Positions 39,082 to 42,802 of a DNA stretch of 42,802 bases are shown here, one piece after another. The notes beneath the pieces are model-generated. The model worked only from the letters and a program-made list of their open reading frames with translations, made no database searches and was not told the DNA's origin. Position 1 is the first letter of the stretch. Each line of letters begins with the position of its first letter. Source of the stretch: Trichomonas gallinae (Eukaryota); assembly GCA_008369845.1 (NCBI GenBank), contig MRSU01004282.1, positions 1 to 42,802 of the forward strand, in the 5' to 3' direction. A program made the translations under genes and the position numbers.

Positions 39082-39828
39082 AATTAAAATTACGTATTTG
39101 GTATTGTTAAGTGTTTCTAGAATTTCGATTTTTGAATTGTTTCAATTAAATAAAAAATTGAAATAAATATTGTAGAAAATAAAATAATATCTGTGCAATA
39201 TAAAATGAAATTATTACCTTTTTTTATACATTAAAATATTCAATTCAATTACTTGAATACGATCAATTTCCAATTCATTGAAAAAATTATTTGGATTTGC
39301 ATAATTATTATTAAATTACTTAATAACTATCAATGTATCAATTGTTAATTTATGACTTTTATATGTTTCTCAAAATTATCATTTGAATTCTATGGTATTC
39401 AAATTTTTTAACAAAAAATAATGACACTGCAAAAATGAATTTATTCGACATACATGCTCTAGCAATATATAAATATATAGTCACCTTTATATTTAGCCGA
39501 ATGAACACTCAAATAATTTTATTAAATTCATTTATTGTATTACATATCTGGATATATTTCCATTTAATCCATAGTTGTATATTTGGTAATTTATTTTAAG
39601 CATTTTTTGATAATTAATTTTTTTTTTTTTTTCATTTTTCCTCCTATCCTTGTTCAGAACGCAGAACCTAAAATCAAAATACTACTCCTTTGCAGAGTCA
39701 TAGTGTTGATGTTAATGAATAGCCTTGTGATCTTTTTGATAAAAAGAAGAAATTTTGAGAAAGTATAAATATTCTAAATTTTTATAATAATAAATAAAAC
39801 AATAACAAAAATATATAAACATATCCAA

Positions 39829-41322
39829 TTAAAGTTCATTTCCTGCAAAGTTAAAAACGCTGTCTGCATATTTTTCTTCGAAATCATCTGCAAAAACGTC
39901 TTCGGTGTTGATGTCAATTGTTGTGGTGAACATTGGATTGTCAAGTGTTGAACCAGCTGGCATTTCTGATGTACTAAATATGGTCTCTTCCATCATTTCA
40001 TCTTGACTTTCTTCGCATGAGTTGTTTTCGTCTTTCGACCTCTTCATGAGATAAATTGTGACTGCAATGATTCCAATCAATGCAAGAATGCCAACGATGA
40101 TGCCGATAATCAACCCAGGAGGAACTTTATTTTTGTCATTGTTTCCTTTAACATTTTTATTATTAAGATTGTTTTGGCTGCCATCAGCACTAATTCTAGC
40201 TGCGTCGGACTTTTCATCATCTGTGTTATCAGGTGCAATCAACAATGTTGCTAATGGTGTAATTGCCAAAGATGTTGATGAAGGAGTGCTACTTGGCGTT
40301 GATGATGGTGTTGATGAAGGTGTGCTACTTGGCGTTGATGATGGTGTTGATGAAGGTGTGCTACTTGGCGTTGATGATGGTGTTGGCAATGGTTTCGGAA
40401 TACACTTTCCATGGCTGTCAAGCATTTGATCATATGGACAAGCTGAGCATGCTGTCCCATTTGGATAAGTTGGTACAGGAGTGTCATTGCAAGATTTGTA
40501 ACATGTGTTTTGATACAAAAAGTTTCCAGAGTAGCAAGCTGTGCATTTGTTTTCATTGTTGATCTCGCAATCATAGCACGAAGTGTTGCAGACAGTAATA
40601 TTTTCGAAGTAAAATGTTCCATTTCCCGTTGCATTGTTATTAACTCCAACAAATATATTAGGACCTTCATAAAAATAATTATCGTCCCAATCACTTGACC
40701 CTCCATATCCAGCGCCACCAGGATCACCTCCTTTTCCTCCTTTGGCACCACCTCCACCCCCACTTCCAGGTGTGTTGATAGAAGAATTTCCAGTGCCGCC
40801 TTTTTTTCTTTCTGTAAAACAATTAACGTTACATGGAGTTTCTTTACCGTCTTTAATCACAAATGAGGAATTTCTACCGCCAGCACTAGCTCCATTAGAA
40901 TAATATGATGCGCCAGATCCACCGCCTGCAATCGCAATTTGCGCAGATTCAGGTAATTTTTCAAATAATGAATATCCACCTCCTCCACCACTTGTATCGA
41001 AGTATTTTATAATTTCTGTGTCTTGGCCGCTGTCTCCACCTTCACCAAATTCGGCTCCAAGATTTTGAGATATAAGACAGTTTGGATTAGGCGATCCTCC
41101 AACGACGATTCTATAATACGAATTACCTTTAAGATGTATAGTTCCATTTATAATTGCCCCATGTCCACCTAGTTTGTCATAGAATATTGATCCTTGATTG
41201 CACCCAAGGCTTCCTTGAGCTCCAGCAAGAATAATTTTGTAATATCCAGCAAAAAATTGCAATGAGTATTGCTGGGGAATAGAATATTGTTCGCAGCAGC
41301 ATAAGGAGAGAAGCAAAAACAT
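39829..41322 (-). CDS. Type-I Gly-rich/Cys-rich surface protein, paralog 3
   Basis: First ATG at 41322 (MFLLLSLCCC). Contains GAQG, GGHGAII, Cys repeats, (STPS)n, TM GLIIGIIVGILALIGIIAVTIYL and tail motif LDNPMFTTT. Confidence 0.88.
   Translation of the reverse strand: MFLLLSLCCCEQYSIPQQYSLQFFAGYYKIILAGAQGSLGCNQGSIFYDKLGGHGAIINGTIHLKGNSYYRIVVGGSPNPNCLISQNLGAEFGEGGDSGQDTEIIKYFDTSGGGGGYSLFEKLPESAQIAIAGGGSGASYYSNGASAGGRNSSFVIKDGKETPCNVNCFTERKKGGTGNSSINTPGSGGGGGAKGGKGGDPGGAGYGGSSDWDDNYFYEGPNIFVGVNNNATGNGTFYFENITVCNTSCYDCEINNENKCTACYSGNFLYQNTCYKSCNDTPVPTYPNGTACSACPYDQMLDSHGKCIPKPLPTPSSTPSSTPSSTPSSTPSSTPSSTPSSTPSSTPSSTSLAITPLATLLIAPDNTDDEKSDAARISADGSQNNLNNKNVKGNNDKNKVPPGLIIGIIVGILALIGIIAVTIYLMKRSKDENNSCEESQDEMMEETIFSTSEMPAGSTLDNPMFTTTIDINTEDVFADDFEEKYADSVFNFAGNEL
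40273..40385 (-). repeat. Near-perfect 36-bp x3 coding tandem repeat (STPS stalk)
   Basis: Unit tgttgatgaagg(a/t)gtgctacttggcgttgatgatgg at 40273, 40309 and 40345. Confidence 0.9.
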
Positions 41323-42645
41323 TTTATTTTGAAAAGTCGATTTTTTATAAAAACAACAAATAAATATTATATTTATATTATAATTATATAATCTTGATTT
41401 TTGTGAAATTCTCAAAAGTATAATTAAATTCAATTTTGTAAGTTCGATCAATTATAATTATATCCAATATTGTGTTGTAAACAATATTTGAAAATGTAAA
41501 TTTCAGTGATAAAATCAAAAACAAAATTCTATTACTTAATTATACAAATTGTGAATTCTTGTAATAATTATTTCAATTTTTGAGGAAAATCCTCACAAAA
41601 ATTTCAGAATAATTTTTTCTTAAAACAATCCTCATTTTGAAAAGAAACAATAAATAGTCCCAAATATTGCGTGCTAGATATGAAATAAAGTAATAACGCC
41701 AGTTGCATGAATTACGTGTTTTCACATCATACTCTGCAAAAAAAAAAAAAAAATAACGATAAGGAAAACTGACAAAAATATCGTTAAGGAACATTTTATT
41801 TGTCCAGTAGCATCCACTGTTATATCGTTTCACTTTTCCCAATATATTTATGACAAAATGTTAATGTTTAGTCAGTGATGTCTCCACTTTGATTTCCTAC
41901 CTAACATATTCGCATCCCATACAGATATGTATTATATATGTCATGAAACTATAAAGGAATGTACGGATAAACATAAGAAAGTTCGACGAAAAATTATTAC
42001 ATCAAAACTTCTTTTACAAATCAGTGATCCTTCTTTGTAAAAACAGTCACGAATGTATCAATTCCTTAAATACAAAAGACATAAAAAAGAAAAACTCAAT
42101 CAAAAATAAATTATTTTTTTTTCAAAAATACTAAATTTATGGCCATTTATACAATTGGATGGGTCTCAATTGTAAAAATAGCTTAAAACATGAAAATCCC
42201 AACCTTTCAAACAGGAGAAGTAGAATCATATTAAAATAATCAATATAATAAAGTAGATCGTTCAATATACTTTATGTGTTCAATCAATATTATTATATAT
42301 CTATTCCTTTAGTGATAGTTTCATTGATTCTGAAAATCGGGTATTAACAGATATGTTTCTAAACCAGCAGTTAGTGCATGATTTTAAATTTAATTGTTTA
42401 TTAACTTATAATGATTTGTTATTTTATCGTTTTATACTTATTCACAACTTGAATGTTAAAGTTTTTCTAACTTGTGGGACTCAACTGTGCCATAACTTTA
42501 CTCTATTATGATAATTAATCTAAAATGTGCAACTTTCTAAATCATATATTTTTTATAATATAAAATTTTGAGCCATTTTTATCATGTATTTATTTCGCGA
42601 ACAAAAAACAAGTAATATTTGAATATGTATCATCGATGACTTGAA

Positions 42646-42802
42646 TTATACCTCTTCATCATGAATGTGGAAGATTTCACTTGATTCATTTTCATCAAAA
42701 TCATCTTTGAAAGCATCTTGATTGATTGTTGTTGTGAACATTGGATTGTCAAGTGTAACACTGTTGAATTCCGTTGTGCTCATGATTGTCTCTTCGTTCA
42801 TC
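42646..42802 (-). CDS. 3' end of a fourth paralog of the surface-protein family (runs off the window; not in the ORF track)
   Basis: The minus frame reads MNEETIMSTTEFNSVTLDNPMFTTTINQDAFKDDFDENESSEIFHIHDEEV*, matching the tails of paralogs 1-3. Confidence 0.85.
   Translation of the reverse strand, partial: MNEETIMSTTEFNSVTLDNPMFTTTINQDAFKDDFDENESSEIFHIHDEEV

Noticed and set aside
40273..40385. CRISPR-like array (36-bp repeats)
   Set aside because: The units are contiguous with no spacers, lie inside a CDS, and there are no cas genes; the context is eukaryotic.
33817..40763. Antisense and alternate-frame ORFs with DGV or HHQ repeats (e.g. 33817-34206, 34037-34255, 37842-38153, 40058-40429, 40251-40763)
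   Set aside because: These are shadows of the STPS stalk repeats in the real minus-strand genes.
41573..41842. 89-aa minus-strand ORF
   Set aside because: It has a non-ATG start, runs through a long homopolymer, and shows no recognisable motif.

Overview
AT-rich, essentially intron-free eukaryotic DNA that looks like a trichomonad (Trichomonas vaginalis or a close relative). The evidence is BspA/TpLRR genes, a DUF3447-type ankyrin gene, a divergent Rab, and Inr (TCAYT) and M2 (AAAGTGAC) promoter motifs. From left to right the window holds: a disrupted BspA-like gene and a deleted fragment copy; a Rab GTPase; a DUF4833-like protein; an ankyrin protein; an exportin-1-like karyopherin; a ~7-TM protein; a PP2A B56 subunit; an ATG-less hypothetical gene; three coiled-coil genes; a Firmicute-like fused DhaK-DhaL dihydroxyacetone kinase (probable lateral transfer); a TGA-interrupted ankyrin-tailed gene; a ~2000-aa WD40/acidic protein; and a tandem array of at least four Gly-rich/Cys-rich/mucin-stalk type-I surface proteins with conserved cytosolic tails. 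The strongest unexplained signal is a non-coding stretch inside that array (36645-36917). It contains a perfect H-type pseudoknot and two long G-U-containing hairpins, downstream of M2 and Inr motifs, and is a candidate structured ncRNA. All family calls come from motif recognition by eye; no database search was run.
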